From NCBI GenBank assembly GCA_003427395.1, contig BFEA01000009.1, positions 2,741,792 to 2,804,500 on the forward strand: DNA of 62,709 nucleotides. Direction: 5' to 3'. Source of the DNA: Chara braunii (Eukaryota; Plantae; Charophyceae). Positions 13,690 to 27,126 of this stretch are shown piece by piece (positions within the stretch are counted from its first letter, which is position 1; every line of letters starts with the position of its first letter). The translations under genes were made by a program, and so were the position numbers. Below the pieces are notes generated by a model. That model was not told the origin of the DNA and ran no database searches. It was given only the letters and a program-made list of their open reading frames with translations.

Positions 13690-13725
13690 CTGTCTCTTAT
13701 ACACCTAGATGTGTATAAGAGACAG
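13690..13725. other. Nextera mate-pair junction adapter (paired Tn5 mosaic ends); assembly artefact
   Basis: ctgtctcttatacacct-agatgtgtataagagacag equals CTGTCTCTTATACACATCT+AGATGTGTATAAGAGACAG with a 2-nt deletion. It produces the peptides MYKRQ and CLLYTSRC. Confidence 0.97.
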
Positions 13726-14821
13726 CTCACGCACACACCCCACCCACACTCGCTGCGAGCTTCGTTCGGCAAAGCTAAGTGGCACCTTGAGCTTGCTTTG
13801 ACCTTTCTAGTTTCGACAGTCCCGCCTCGCACTTCGACGAGAACACCCGAGGTGAATACACTCCCTCCCTCTATCTTCCTCCCTCGCTTTCCGCCCTTCT
13901 CTCTCCTCTTCGCCGTGGGCAGCAGCACACCTACCTTCTCTCTCCTCGGCCATACTCCAGCACTTTTTTAATGTATCCGATAGCAATTACAGTTGAAGAT
14001 GGATGTATCTCACCACGAACACGTCCACAGCTGAGTCGAAAAAGTTCTGCTGTGCCCTTCTTCTTCGTCCTTTTTTTCCTTCGGTTTTCGGTTTTCCTTT
14101 GCTTCCCCTCTCTTTTCCCATCCTCACAAATACCCGTAAGTACTCTTGTAACGATCGCGACCTCCCGCTCTGTCTTGCCTCTATTTCCCCCTCCCCCCCG
14201 CCCCCCCCTCCCGCTCCCTCCCACTTCCCTTTCTCGGCTTCTCTCGGCTTCTGTTCCAGCGTCCACCCGTCTCAAACGTTGAAACAATCGACTGTGGGTC
14301 CACTGCCCGTCGGAAAAGGACAAAGCCTTATCCGCCTCCTGCGTAGAAACGTAGAGTCGAGTCATGCCGATCCAGAAGTAGGCTTGCGAATCAGTCCCTA
14401 GAAAGGCGTACTCACACTAGGACGTTTCCGGCAGAGCTCCGGACGAGATTGCGGTCAGATACACACGGGTGCGGTTGAAATTTTAGTCAGGTACATTTAT
14501 GAAAGTGCTAGTGTTTTCCTTCTTTTATTTTCTTTTGTTTTTTCTGATTCTTTCTGTTTTCATCTTGTTTGTCCTCATGCGAAGCTTGACAGGTGCTGGA
14601 GTATACACAGGTCGTGCCGAAGGATGATAGATCAGTGTCATATTTATCCACTACTCGCACATAGTCAACAACTGGATTCCAGGCAACTTTCATTGTCCCA
14701 TATCACGGATAGGCGTTCGAGTCCCCAGACGGAAGAGCACAATCTTGGGGGCTCGCCACACAGGCTGTCGAAAACCTGGTTTTCGACAATTTCGCTTCTC
14801 CACATAGACTTTCGAAGAATT

Positions 14822-15200
14822 GCCGCCTAGGTCAGCTGGTAAGGCAGGCAAGTGGCATTCAGGAGGTCTTGGGTTCAATCCCCATTGGCCTCATGCACCT
14901 TCCTGGGCAAGCTTGGTGCCCGCAACCTAGAGATATGTGGTTGGTCCCCCCGAGTGGCATTGAGCAGAGACTGCTGATATTCATAGGGGATGGGGACTGG
15001 AGGGGAGGCACAGTGACTGGCCCATCGAAGAAGCTTCGTCCTGATGCTACCGGCTGACCCCTGGCCGATATCGCCCACCTGCTGTAGCAGGTATCGCACC
15101 TGCTGGTGGGTGCAGCTCCCGCATGTTCCCTCATTGGAGGCTTGAGCACGGATGTGGCTGCTACGGGGTTCCCCGTAATACTATAATGACAACAAAAAAG
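14822..15200 (+). mobile_element. tRNA-derived SINE-like element
   Basis: A-box taggtcagctgg (~14828) and B-box ggttcaatccc (~14872) at tRNA spacing, with T-stem tggg/ccca. The anticodon arm does not fold. A GC-rich body is followed by an A-rich tail ending ~15199. Confidence 0.6.
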
Positions 15201-16022
15201 GCCTGAAAGGCTGTCCTGTCCAGATTTGACAGGTAATCCTACCCCTTAAGCAGCACTGGCCGCGAGGGGGAGGTCGATGGTCCGCTGCACGTCGGGTTGA
15301 AGTTTCAGTGCGGGCCGGCGGATGAAGGCGATCGCGGGCGGGTGGGCGTGCAGAGTGGCACGCGTACCGAATTGTTCACAGCGCGCCACTAAACGAGAGA
15401 GCGTGCCCATGGGGCCGGGTACACGGTGGGCGTCGATACGGATGAGTATCTCGGCGCGACCGCCATCGGATAGCATTTCCGTGTCAGTTTGTATCCGGCC
15501 TTTTTTTTTTTTTTTTCGTATTCTAAAAAAAAAAATTCTAAAAAAAAAAAAAAGAATTTGTCGTTTTGTTTCGTATTGTTGTTTTTTATTTATTTTATGG
15601 GGTAACTTCGGCGCAGTCACGAAAACAGTTTGTAATTGCACTTCAGGCAATCCCGCGAATACAACACACCCCCACGCGACCCCACTGGACCCGAAACGTA
15701 GGTCACATACATTCAGCATTACCGGCCCTTTTGCCTCAAGTGCAATTACAAACTCAATCCCTGACTGAGCCGTAGTTTTCTTTTATTTTATTTATCTTTT
15801 ATTTTTTTTTCTAATTATATTTTTCATTCTGGCGTGTCGTTTTGTTTGCTTTTTTTGCCTTTTGTTTTAGTTTTGTTTCCGAAACAAAAAAAAGACTTTG
15901 CATTTTTTTTTCCGTGAATTTGCATTTTTTTGCATCGGTCCGAAAAAAAAACAAACAAAAAAAGATGAAAGAAAAAACAAAAGACAAAAAAGACACATTT
16001 TTTTTGCAATTTTTTTGGGTCG

Positions 16023-16177
16023 GAATGAACTTTCCGCTAGAACACGGCCATGCAAGCACACCAGTGTTTGGCGCTCGGTCCGCGGTGCGGGCGGTCCGTG
16101 GGCATCACCACACCACTGTCGAAATGTGAGAAAATGCGGCGGACGCATCTGGCCATGTTCTAGCGGGAAGTTCATTC
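16023..16177. repeat. 27-bp inverted repeat pair with ~100-bp spacer (small MITE-like)
   Basis: gaatgaactttccgctagaacacggcc / ggccatgttctagcgggaagttcattc (25/27). No TSD seen. Confidence 0.7.
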
Positions 16178-16218
16178 TCATTTTGCACATTTTGGGTGTG
16201 GTGGGGCGATGCCCTCTT

Positions 16219-16263
<45 letters not shown>

Positions 16264-16662
16264 TACATACACGCACAGACACACACACACACATAGATGG
16301 GACGAAGTTTCTCTGTCTGTTTGTGTGTGTACGTGTGTGTCAGAGAGAGAGAGCGAATAAGAGTCAATGTGTGTGTGTGCGTGCGTGGGTGTGACAGAGA
16401 GTGTGTGGGTAAGAGTCTATGTGTGTGTGCGCGTGGGTGTGTGGCAGAGGGAGAGGCCCGGAGAGTGCCATCAAGACTGCCATCGCCAGTGGCAGGAGCC
16501 GAGACAGGGGTGTGTTGTGTAGCTATGGCGCGCATGTCTTGAAAAACAAAAAAAACAAAAAAAACAAAACAAAAAAACAAAGGAAAAAAAAAGGAAGTTT
16601 GTCTGTGTTTCTCTTTCCCTCACTCCCTCGCTTCCTCCTCTTTTTCCATATCTCTCTTAAAG

Positions 16663-16733
<71 letters not shown>

Positions 16734-16933
16734 GTGTGTGTGTGTGTGTGTACCAGATACTGACCTCCGCAAAGATTGCGCCTCGATGCAGGTACGGGAG
16801 ATACTCTCTCTCTCTCTCTCTCACTCGCGCGCCTCCTAGTTCCGTTACTCCCTCTCTTCGCCATATATACTGTGCACGAGGGGAGAGGTTTCATGTAGAG
16901 GCGCTTGAGCTTGAGCAACTTCAGCGCATAGAC

Positions 16934-16979
<46 letters not shown>

Positions 16980-17334
16980 GAAGGAAGGAGGACGAGGTTA
17001 GAGGTAACGACGGGTTGGATCGGCAACCAAATGTGCCAAGTGTGAAGAGAGAGGAAGACGACGACGAAGAAGAAGAGATAGGAGAAAAAAAAAAGAGAAA
17101 CGAAGAGAAGGAAGAAGATAGACGAAAGAGAGAGAAAGAAGACAGGTGAAGGTAAAGGAAGGCGGCCATAGGCGCAAGTTCGGAGGTGAAGGAGGAAGCG
17201 ACGAGAAAGAAGGAAAAAAGAGAGAAAAAACGAAGACAAAGATATGGCTTTTGATCGTAGGTTCCTCTTTCTCCTTCAACTTCACTCCTCCTTTTTTGGT
17301 TCTCAACTTCTTCTTCTTCTTTTCTTCTTCTTTT

Positions 17335-17452
<118 letters not shown>

Positions 17453-17869
17453 CCTTCTTCTTCGTCTTCTTCTTCCTCTACTTCTTATTCTCTTCTTCTT
17501 CCTCTTGGTGGCAGTCATAGCTGCCAGGTCATCAGTGTGTCATATGTGTGTGTGTGTGCAGTTACTCAGAGTAATCTTCATTTGCATTACGGCGAATGTG
17601 TGTGTGTGTGATAAACAAGATTTGGTGGTGGGCCACGGGTGGTTACAGTTGATCAGAAGGGATTGTTGGGCGCTATGTGCCATAACTATCTTGAGTAATT
17701 TGAATCCAAACTGCGTTGTTGCCTTGCATATCTCAAATTTTTGTGTGGACACTTGCATTCGTCGTTCTGAATTCGTCATCTGTTTGTATGCACCGTTATA
17801 ATTCGTCATTTGTTTGTGGGCGCTTGTATGTTTTTTTGCTTTTTTTTTGTAGGGCTTCCTTTTTTGTGA

Positions 17870-18051
17870 CTAATTGATTGATTGGTTGGTTGATTGATTG
17901 ATTGATTCCTTGCTTGATTGATTGATTGAATGATTGATCGATTAATTGATTGGTTGATTGATAATCAAAACCTACCCTCCGTCGGTCGAAAATCTACACT
18001 CTGCCGATCCAAAACCTACCGTCCACCGATTCGGATCCGCAACCTGTCTTC

Positions 18052-18084
<33 letters not shown>

Positions 18085-18211
18085 AATTGATTGACACCCA
18101 GGATCTACTCTCCGCGGGTCTGAAATCTACCCTCTGCCAATCTGGAACCTACCGTCCGCCGATCCGCAACCTGTCTCCCGCTGACCCAGAAGCTGGCCTC
18201 CGCTGATCGGG

Positions 18212-18258
<47 letters not shown>

Positions 18259-18300
18259 TAATCAATCAATCAATCAATCAATTGATTGATTGATTGATTA

Positions 18301-18335
<35 letters not shown>

Positions 18336-18695
18336 AATCGATTGATCGATTGATCGATTGATTGATTGATTGATTGATTAATTGGTCCTTTTGTAATTGG
18401 TAGGTCCCTTGCTCGTGATTGAAGGACCTTTTGCAATCAATAGGTCCCCCTCTCGCGATCGCAATGCCGATGATGTCTATCCCGACCCTGATCCCGATGT
18501 CGATCCCATGGCAACCACCTTGCGCCAAGTGCTGAGCGAGATGGAGCGGGGGTGAGAGAGAGAGGGAAAAATCTATCGATCTTCTCGGGAATACGCACGG
18601 CTGGATCTCGACGCCAATCCACCCATGCGTATCGGAATGCGCACGTGTGGTCATCAAGGCGATACCTGAAGGTAGATGGATCGCGGACCCGGAAC
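17870..18695. repeat. Modular (TGAT)n/(ATCA)n repeat interspersed with acctaccctccg/gatcccg units
   Basis: Alternating tetranucleotide tracts and GC-rich modules. An inverted homologue lies at 55382-55945. Confidence 0.8.
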
Positions 18696-19816
18696 CTCTG
18701 TACTACCGCGCGTTCATTGAACGCGCGTTTCCCATTCAGCCTTTGAACGTGGTGAACGCACGTTCAGTGAACGACAGTAAATGCGTTTGACGCGTTTGCG
18801 CAGGGGGTTGTGCGGGGTGGGGGGGGGCTTTGGGCAGTGTCGGGAGCGGCGGCGGTNNNNNNNNNNNNNNNNNNNNNNNNNNNNNNNNNNNNNNNNNNNN
18901 NNNNNNNNNNNNNNNNNNNNNNNNNNNNNNNNNNNNNNNNNNNNNNNNNNNNNNNNNNNNNNNNNNNNNNNNNNNNNNNNNNNNNNNNNNNNNNNNNNNN
19001 NNNNNNNNNNNNNNNNNNNNNNNNNNNNNNNNNNNNNNNNNNNNNNNNNNNNNNNNNNNNNNNNNNNNNNNNNNNNNNNNNNNNNNNNNNNNNNNNNNNN
19101 NNNNNNNNNNNNNNNNNNNNNNNNNNNNNNNNNNNNNNNNNNNNNNNNNNNNNNNNNNNNNNNNNNNNNNNNNNNNNNNNNNNNNNNNNNNNNNNNNNNN
19201 NNNNNNNNNNNNNNNNNNNNNNNNNNNNNNNNNNNNNNNNNNNNNNNNNNNNNNNNNNNNNNNNNNNNNNNNNNNNNNNNNNNNNNNNNNNNNNNNNNNN
19301 NNNNNNNNNNNNNNNNNNNNNNNNNNNNNNNNNNNNNNNNNNNNNNNNNNNNNNNNNNNNNNNNNNNNNNNNNNNNNNNNNNNNNNNNNNNNNNNNNNNN
19401 NNNNNNNNNNNNNNNNNNNNNNNNNNNNNNNNNNNNNNNNNNNNNNNNNNNNNNNNNNNNNNNNNNNNNNNNNNNNNNNNNNNNNNNNNNNNNNNNNNNN
19501 NNNNNNNNNNNNNNNNNNNNNNNNNNNNNNNNNNNNNNNNNNNNNNNNNNNNNNNNNNNNNNNNNNNNNNNNNNNNNNNNNNNNNNNNNNNNNNNNNNNN
19601 NNNNNNNNNNNNNNNNNNNNNNNNNNNNNNNNNNNNNNNNNNNNNNNNNNNNNNNNNNNNNNNNNNNNNNNNNNNNNNNNNNNNNNNNNNNNNNNNNNNN
19701 NNNNNNNNNNNNNNNNNNNNNNNNNNNNNNNNNNNNNNNNNNNNNNNNNNNNNNNNNNNNNNNNNNNNNNNNNNNNNNNNNNNNNNNNNNNNNNNNNNNN
19801 NNNNNNNNNNNNNNNN

Positions 19817-19851
<35 letters not shown>

Positions 19852-20108
19852 TCTGGGGCATTGGCCCACAGCCCCCCCCAAGCAACGCCGCCGCTTCCTA
19901 CAGGGTGGTGGGCCTCCCGGGGGGTGTTTTTTGCACTTTCATGGTTTGTTGAACGAGGCCGTCCACCCCGTGGTCCGCAACGCGCGCGCACGCCCCCCGG
20001 TATCGCGTTCAAATTTTTCGCACCACGTGGCGCGCAACGCGTTAAACTTTGAATGCGATTGAACGCGACAATGCGACCGTTTGAACGTGGACGCGCGTTC
20101 AGCGTGGG
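18696..20108. mobile_element. MITE with ttgaacgcg subterminal repeats, right end truncated; same family as 27380-27940
   Basis: Left end accgcgcgttcattgaacgcgcgtttccc matches actgcgagttcattgaacgcgggttttcc at ~27387. The right side has gaacg repeats but lacks the terminal ...ggttacacag. Mostly gap. Confidence 0.6.
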
Positions 20109-21324
20109 GCAAATCGGTTAGAAAGTTTTGTTAACAGTGCGCGCTCGTTGTTATGAGAGGCGTTGTGATAGTTAGGCGCGGTAGTAATATTCTTAGACCG
20201 AAAAGGGTTGAGGTGTCGATTGGGTTAGTATTATATTGAGAAAACTTCCGACGCAGAGACTTTAGATAAGCTAAACTAGAATACGCCTCGACCATATGGT
20301 CGGTGCAGTAAAAGGAAGTAATTGTCGGATTTTGCAGTATCACCCTGAAAATGTTTGTGGCATGTCATCCGAACTTGTATTCCGCAAACAGAGGATGAGG
20401 CTTGCGCTCGGCCTCCTGTATGTAGAGAGGGAGTTGCCCCTTGGATGGTGACTTCCTGACCGCGTGGCCACCCGAGCGACCGGTGTCTTCGTACCTTTAC
20501 AGAAGGAGACACCATTGCAACCTTTGATATCGTCTACATAGGGCCTAGAATAATACTACTAGAAATGGTGCCCGCCTACCGAAAGGTACTGGGCCTCTGA
20601 AAATGTTCGTCTTTGTATTCTTCCGCTCGGCCTTGAATTCCCGACACGTCTACTTGATGTGGTAGGCCTACCCACTGCTTGAGTGTTTTCAACAACCCTT
20701 AAGTGTCGCAAACCTCTTTCCCCGCTGCTTGAGTGTTTTCCCCACCGCGATCCTCAATGTCTCGGCCACCGGTAAGTACCAACCCTTCGGGCCCTCCAAT
20801 GAGTCAAGTACCTTTGCGGGTCACACACGTGCTCAAGCCGACAAGCACTCGGGCCGGAGCGCTGACCAACAAACATACTCGTACACAGACTCAGAAAACG
20901 GGCCCAACTGAGCCCCAATACACTATTTGTATCTGAACTGCTCCACTTCTACTCGAAGTAGGAACTAGCTCAGTAGGTTCGGGTGCAGACTATTGAGTGA
21001 CAGACGCAGGGATCGAATTTGCCCGACCCCTGAGGTAGCTCTTTTTTGACAAGGAGCTCAACAATATTTTGCCCCGACCTTGGGTGGCAAGGACTTGAAC
21101 CCCCGACCTGAGTATTAGGATTAGTTGTAGTTAGCTGGTTAATTGAGATTTGGGCGCCCGCATAACGGGGACCTGACACTTGGCCGGTATAGGTAGTTTG
21201 TTGGATTTTTATTATTTTATTTCTTTTTGTTCTTTTATGTTAACCGTAGTTTCATAAGATCCACGTTCATGAATCTGCCTCCGAACTCCGAGCAGATTCA
21301 GACTAGTAAAGTAGCAACGAACTG

Positions 21325-21500
21325 ACTGCTTGGGAGTACGGCGCGACATCGCAAAGGTTGAGGAGTACGGCGCGACGTCGTGAAGACTTAGGATCAGGGC
21401 GTGGCATCGCAAAGGCTGAGGAGTAAGGCGCGGCATCGTGAAGACTTAGGAGCAGAGTGTGGCATCGCAAAGGCCGAGGAGTACGGCGTGACATCGCGAG
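21325..21500 (+). repeat. ~30-bp degenerate tandem repeat within the LTR (also ~48265-48440)
   Basis: gagtacggcgcgacatcgcaaaggctgag / ggcatcgtgaagacttagg alternating units. Confidence 0.8.
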
Positions 21501-22116
21501 GATTTTGGAAGCGCGGCGCTGGGAAAAGAGGGGGTAGTATGGAGAAAAGGAGGAAAAGCCAGAGGGAGCAAAAAGCGAACTAGAACGCAGGTGGTCACGT
21601 GAGAGGTAGGAAGCGCGCGGGGAGAAGAAGAAGAAGAAGAAGAAGAGGAAGGAGGAAAAGAAGAGGAAAAAGAAGAAGGGAGAGAAAAGACGGGAAAGGT
21701 GGAGATAACTTATCTATCGCCCACCCTCTGATTCAGCACTCTCATCCTATAGAGGATAAATGCGGGAGTGTTCAAGTGCTGTCTTCGTATCCACACTCAC
21801 AAAAGGGGCCTTTCTATCAGTATCGGGAGGTGTCGAGACTCATGAGAAGACGCTTCGCTCGTTTTCCGATCGAGTAGCATCGTGGAGCAACTCACCGGCC
21901 AACGAGTAAGTCTCCGATCCGCAAATGAACTCTAGGTTCTTCCGTTGTTAGAATGCACATCGAACAAATGAATCTATGACTAGAATATGAAAAAGGTACA
22001 TTGCTATACTTTTGGGATTGAACAAAATCGAATGAATCTAACGTTAGGATAAGGAAGTATAAGTAACTATGTAAGCGTGCGGATTTGTGTGGGTAAGTGG
22101 AACGTACCATGTATGT

Positions 22117-22180
<64 letters not shown>

Positions 22181-22186
<6 letters not shown>

Positions 22187-22803
22187 TGCCAGGCCGAACA
22201 TACGGAGGCCCCTAAGCTGACCCCCGAACGTTCGGGTGTTAGGGTCCCCGTACGGGGCCCGAACTCGAAGGGGTTCGGACCCCGCAAAAAATGATTTTGG
22301 TAGCTAAAAATTATTTTTTTTTCTGAGTTTTGTTTTTTGAGTTCTCTGTTATGTAAGCTAATTGTCTCTTAATTTTGAATTCATTATGTGGAGCCAAACA
22401 ATAATAAAAAATCGGCAAAGATGGTGGTGTCAAAACTTGCTTTTCCACTTACTAATTTGTTTTTTTTTTCTTTTCACTTTTTGGTTTCCTTTTATTTCGG
22501 GGTCTGAAAACAATTATTATTTTTTCAAACTTTATTTGTAGGTTCTCTATTATGTAAGATACATATGTATAAAATTTCATGGCATTTGACAAATCCAAAA
22601 AAAAATAAAAAATCGCCAAAGATGGCGGTGTCAAAAACATGCTCGCCCACGCAATAATTTCATTCTCGTTTTATTTTTTCCTATTTTCATTAATATTATT
22701 TATNNNNNNNNNNNNNNNNNNNNNNNNNNNNNNNNNNNNNNNNNNNNNNNNNNNNNNNNNNNNNNNNNNNNNNNNNNNNNNNNNNNNNNNNNNNNNNNNN
22801 NNN

Positions 22804-22834
<31 letters not shown>

Positions 22835-22936
22835 GTTATGCGTTCGGCTGAACGTCCGAACGCATCGAGAGGGGGTCCCAAACGTTCGGGCGTTCGGGTT
22901 CGGGTGTTCGGCCCGTCCCAAACGCTGACAACCCTG
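22181..22936. mobile_element. hAT-like MITE inserted in a (TA)n tract of the 5' LTR
   Basis: Ends cagaattgccag / gctgacaaccctg (reverse complement cagggttgtcagc), flanked by tatatata. Absent from the 3' LTR at ~49086-49160. Confidence 0.75.
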
Positions 22937-23482
22937 TATATATATATATCGTCACAAAGTGATATATATATATATATATATAATATAATATTATATATAT
23001 ATATATATGTATACCTCGTCAAACGGAGCCGCTCTGCACTATGCTGCAGGGGGCGAATGGTGGTCCTTGGGCACACGTGGCATTTGTGTGGGGATCGAGG
23101 TTCCGAGGGATACGAGAGACATACCTGATGATGGAGGCGACCGGCCTTGGCCGAGAACCGCTCATACATCTGGGAGCTGTTGACGTCTTTTACGACATTA
23201 TAGATAGGCTAGATAGGATTAGTCATTCGTAGTTTGGGTGCTAAGCGCCAGATAGGATGTCGACATTGGTTTTTTTGTTGATGATGATGGGATCCTCAGA
23301 CATTGTTACTTACGAGTTTTTGCAGTGCTCTTATTTGATGAAACTCGTGTTGCAAATCTGCTTCTAATTCGAGGTCGCGACTTTCTGGTGTCATGTGCGA
23401 AATGTTGTTTGATTTCTAAAAATCGCTATGGCTCATTATTATTATCATTATTATTATTATTATTATTATTATTGATATTGTA

Positions 23483-23566
<84 letters not shown>

Positions 23567-25274
23567 TTTGTTAGTTGCCCTTATCTAAATGAGGTCGCAA
23601 CAGAATGAAGTCAACTGAGGAAAAACATAGAGAGGAGAGAGAGAAAATGGCGGGATTGGAGGCAGAGACTACATGGTACAGAGAGAGAGAGAGAAAGAAA
23701 GAGAAGAGGGGGGGGCGCATGATGATCGTAGAAGGCACGTAACATCTGTGAATAAGGGACCGAGGTTGAGAATGATACGAGGGACTTTTTTGTGCTTGAG
23801 GCGAACGGCGTTGGCCAATATCTGCTCAGACTTCGGGAGACTGTTGACGTCATCGACAACATTGTAGATAGGTACGGTGCGCCATTAATGGTCCAGGCAT
23901 TGAGCGCCAGATAGGAGCTCGACATAAGCTCATTGTTGATGATGATGAGATTCGTTCAGCGCTGTCAGTGTGAGCTTTTTTTGTGCTCTTATTTGTGGAA
24001 GTGGTGTTGTTATTCTGCTTCTGGTCACGGCTATTTGGTCTCATGTGTATGATGATGTCTTCTGAAGCTCACCATCGTTCATTTTCCTTGCATTTTATTT
24101 GATTTGATTAATTTTTTTATTAGTTGACTCGTATTATTATTACTATTTATTATTATTGTTGTTGATATTCTATTATTATTATTATTATTATCATTATTAT
24201 TATTACTGTATTCGCAATAAGACTCGTTTTTTTCTTACTTCACATGCATGGTACACCACACTGGCGACATACCCCCAACTCAAAACTCAGAGATGTGGAA
24301 CCAAGAACGTTGTTCGATTACAAGCTCGCTGCAGATAGACTATGGCGCTGTAGCACCCAACAAGTCTTTGCTCATAGCTATGACCAACTCCATTGCTCAT
24401 ATACCCTCAACTCTGGATCGTCCTGGATATCCCACAGGCGACACACTGTACAACTAACACGGACGAACACGCACAGATAGAACAAACAGAAACAGACGAA
24501 CCCGACTAACATACAGAAAGAAGACCGTCAGATAAACAGATCAATGTTGTGTTGGTGTGACCTAATGGCTTGAACGTTGCCTCATGACTCCATCGTATTT
24601 CTTTTATTTGGATAGGATCTCGGTGCATTTGTGCTTTTTGCTTCTACACGACTATTTGGACATTTGTGTGATTTCGCAACTTGGTTTTCTGTATAACGTT
24701 CGCACTCATATTCTCTGCGGTTGCGAAAAAGGAATATTATTAGTATTCTTATTCTTATTCTTATTCTTATTAAAATTAATTTTATCTTACCTGCATCCGC
24801 TGCTCACCATGCGGGAAAGGTAGAGGACGAGTTGAGCTGCAACCGGGAAAGACATGCTATTAGAGAGATAAAGAGACAGAGATTGGGCTCGCTCCACAAA
24901 AGTCTGTCAAGCATTTTCACGCCGGTAGTGGACCATACACAGATTGTTCCAGTAAATCAAATGTATCACATTCCTGACGTCGGATACATTTGAAATGTCG
25001 TGAACTGGAGCAAAACTTGTATGTGTGTCCGTGTGTGTATGTGTGAGTTAAAGAGGGGAGAAAGGGACATACAAATAGGCAGACCGTAACAGACATACAA
25101 AGACACAGATTTAGAAACACATGGTCACAGTGACACGGACACTGTGACACACACACACAAGTGAAACATTGAAATACATACATACATAGCAAAATACACT
25201 CATACACAGCAACACACACGGACACTGTGACACTCGTACAGACATAGTGAAAACTGAAAAACACATATAGTCCA

Positions 25275-25335
<61 letters not shown>

Positions 25336-27126
25336 AAAAAAAAAAAAAAAAAAAAAAAAAAAACACAGTGCATAATGACACACGGTGCGCAAGGGGACAC
25401 AGACAATGATGCAGACAAGTGACACACACAATAACGCGGACAGTGACACAGATGCACTATGTCACAAAGACAAACACAGTCAGTCACACAACGCGATACT
25501 CGAGCAAAATGGACGGACAAGCATAAGGATGTAAGGGTACGTACCTGGTATTAGCAGACGAATGCATAGGTCGACGTCTTCATATACTTGAGGAGGTTGT
25601 CGATACCAACAAAGGCTCCGTCACTTCATAGGATGGTAATAGCTGCATAGATGATGGCACCCTGAACACATACAGCGTGAGGTTGGCATAGCAAGAATGA
25701 GCCAAGGATACTATGAGCGCAGTATTGATACCACTTCCGCACACAGGCATGGGCTGGCGTGAGCCGCCACGGTATAGCGGGGCACTAGATGGCGGGGTCA
25801 GCGAGCTGCCAGTGGTTGTGGCGAAGCATGCAGAACAACGAGCGTGCATGTTAGGATGGGTGTGTACATACGTATATGGGACATCCAGGGTGGATCCTAG
25901 TTGGAAGAAAAGGTATTGAGCGAGTACTGGTGCAAACAAGTTGTTGGTGATACGGTGATCGGGGGGGAGGAGAGAGATCCTGTTGAGTACTGTGGGCCTT
26001 AATCATGTTCGAAGAGAGGCTAAATCAGACTGTGTTCCTTATCAGACTCATGAGCCCCGAGTGGTGTGGATACTTTTTGCCCAAATTAAATGTCATTATT
26101 ATATCATTTTCAATTACTAAATAGTGTTATTATTGTTGCTATTATTATTATCATTAATACGTTACTTTATTATTTTATTTATGACATTATTACTATTACT
26201 ATTACTATTACTATTATTCCCGACAGCTATAGGGAAATGTCATAAATGAAAAGGGGTACAGGGTATTGGAAAAGGGGAGAGTCACTGTAATCAGCGATAG
26301 GATCTACCTCCTCATTCCTTCTCTCTTCAACCAGCAACAGAACCAAATACTTCTAGACAAAAATGGTTAAAAGAATGTTAGTATCAAGTGACTATGAGGG
26401 AAAGGTCTTCATTTGAGGGACTTCAGATACTCTTTCATCCAGCTTAGACTTATCCAAAAGACAGGGCGATTGCGGGAGCTCTGCCGGAGTTCAGGCGGAA
26501 CTATGGATGCAGGGAACAATGAGGTACGCACACTTCTGCCTAACTCATAAACCTTTAATCTATAACCTCCGGGGAATGATCTTTGCATATAATAATAGAG
26601 AGAGCGTTTTGAGTCAGCAAATCTTCAGAACTGAACTCAAGACAAGGAAAAGAAAGAAATGCCTTTATAAAGAAAGAAGAACCATGGAGAGACTGTTCGT
26701 ATGGAAAAAATTTGATTGGAGTCTGACTAACTGTTGCTGGAAGATATAGCGAGAACCTCGCTATGTTAATGTTTCTTTGGGGATATGGCCACAAGGGGAT
26801 CGACTCCGTACAGTCTTCCCTTACTTAATAGACCACCTGACAAATGATAAAAGGGGTTCACAGTGGATTGAAGATTGTTTGTGTTGTGTTCGGATACTGT
26901 GATGATGGATTGCATCAATTTATTCTTGTTCCACAATGACTTAACTTAACCCTACATTCTCTCAAAAATATAAAACTAACACAGTCTGAGGATCAGGTGG
27001 AAGGTCTTTAAGCTATGGGGTACAGGTCCCGTATGGCCTACCCGCATAATCTTAAAGTCTTCCGAATGACGCAAGGCTCAAGAGATATCAAAAGAGACGA
27101 TCAATATCGTTAGAAAACTTCTATAA

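Noticed and set aside
13690-13725. Genuine Tn5/IS50 insertion or horizontal transfer
   Set aside because: Back-to-back hyperactive mosaic ends with no transposase are the Nextera mate-pair junction.
14822-14893. Functional tRNA gene
   Set aside because: A and B boxes are present but the anticodon and acceptor stems do not pair, and it continues into a body and A-rich tail, as in a SINE.
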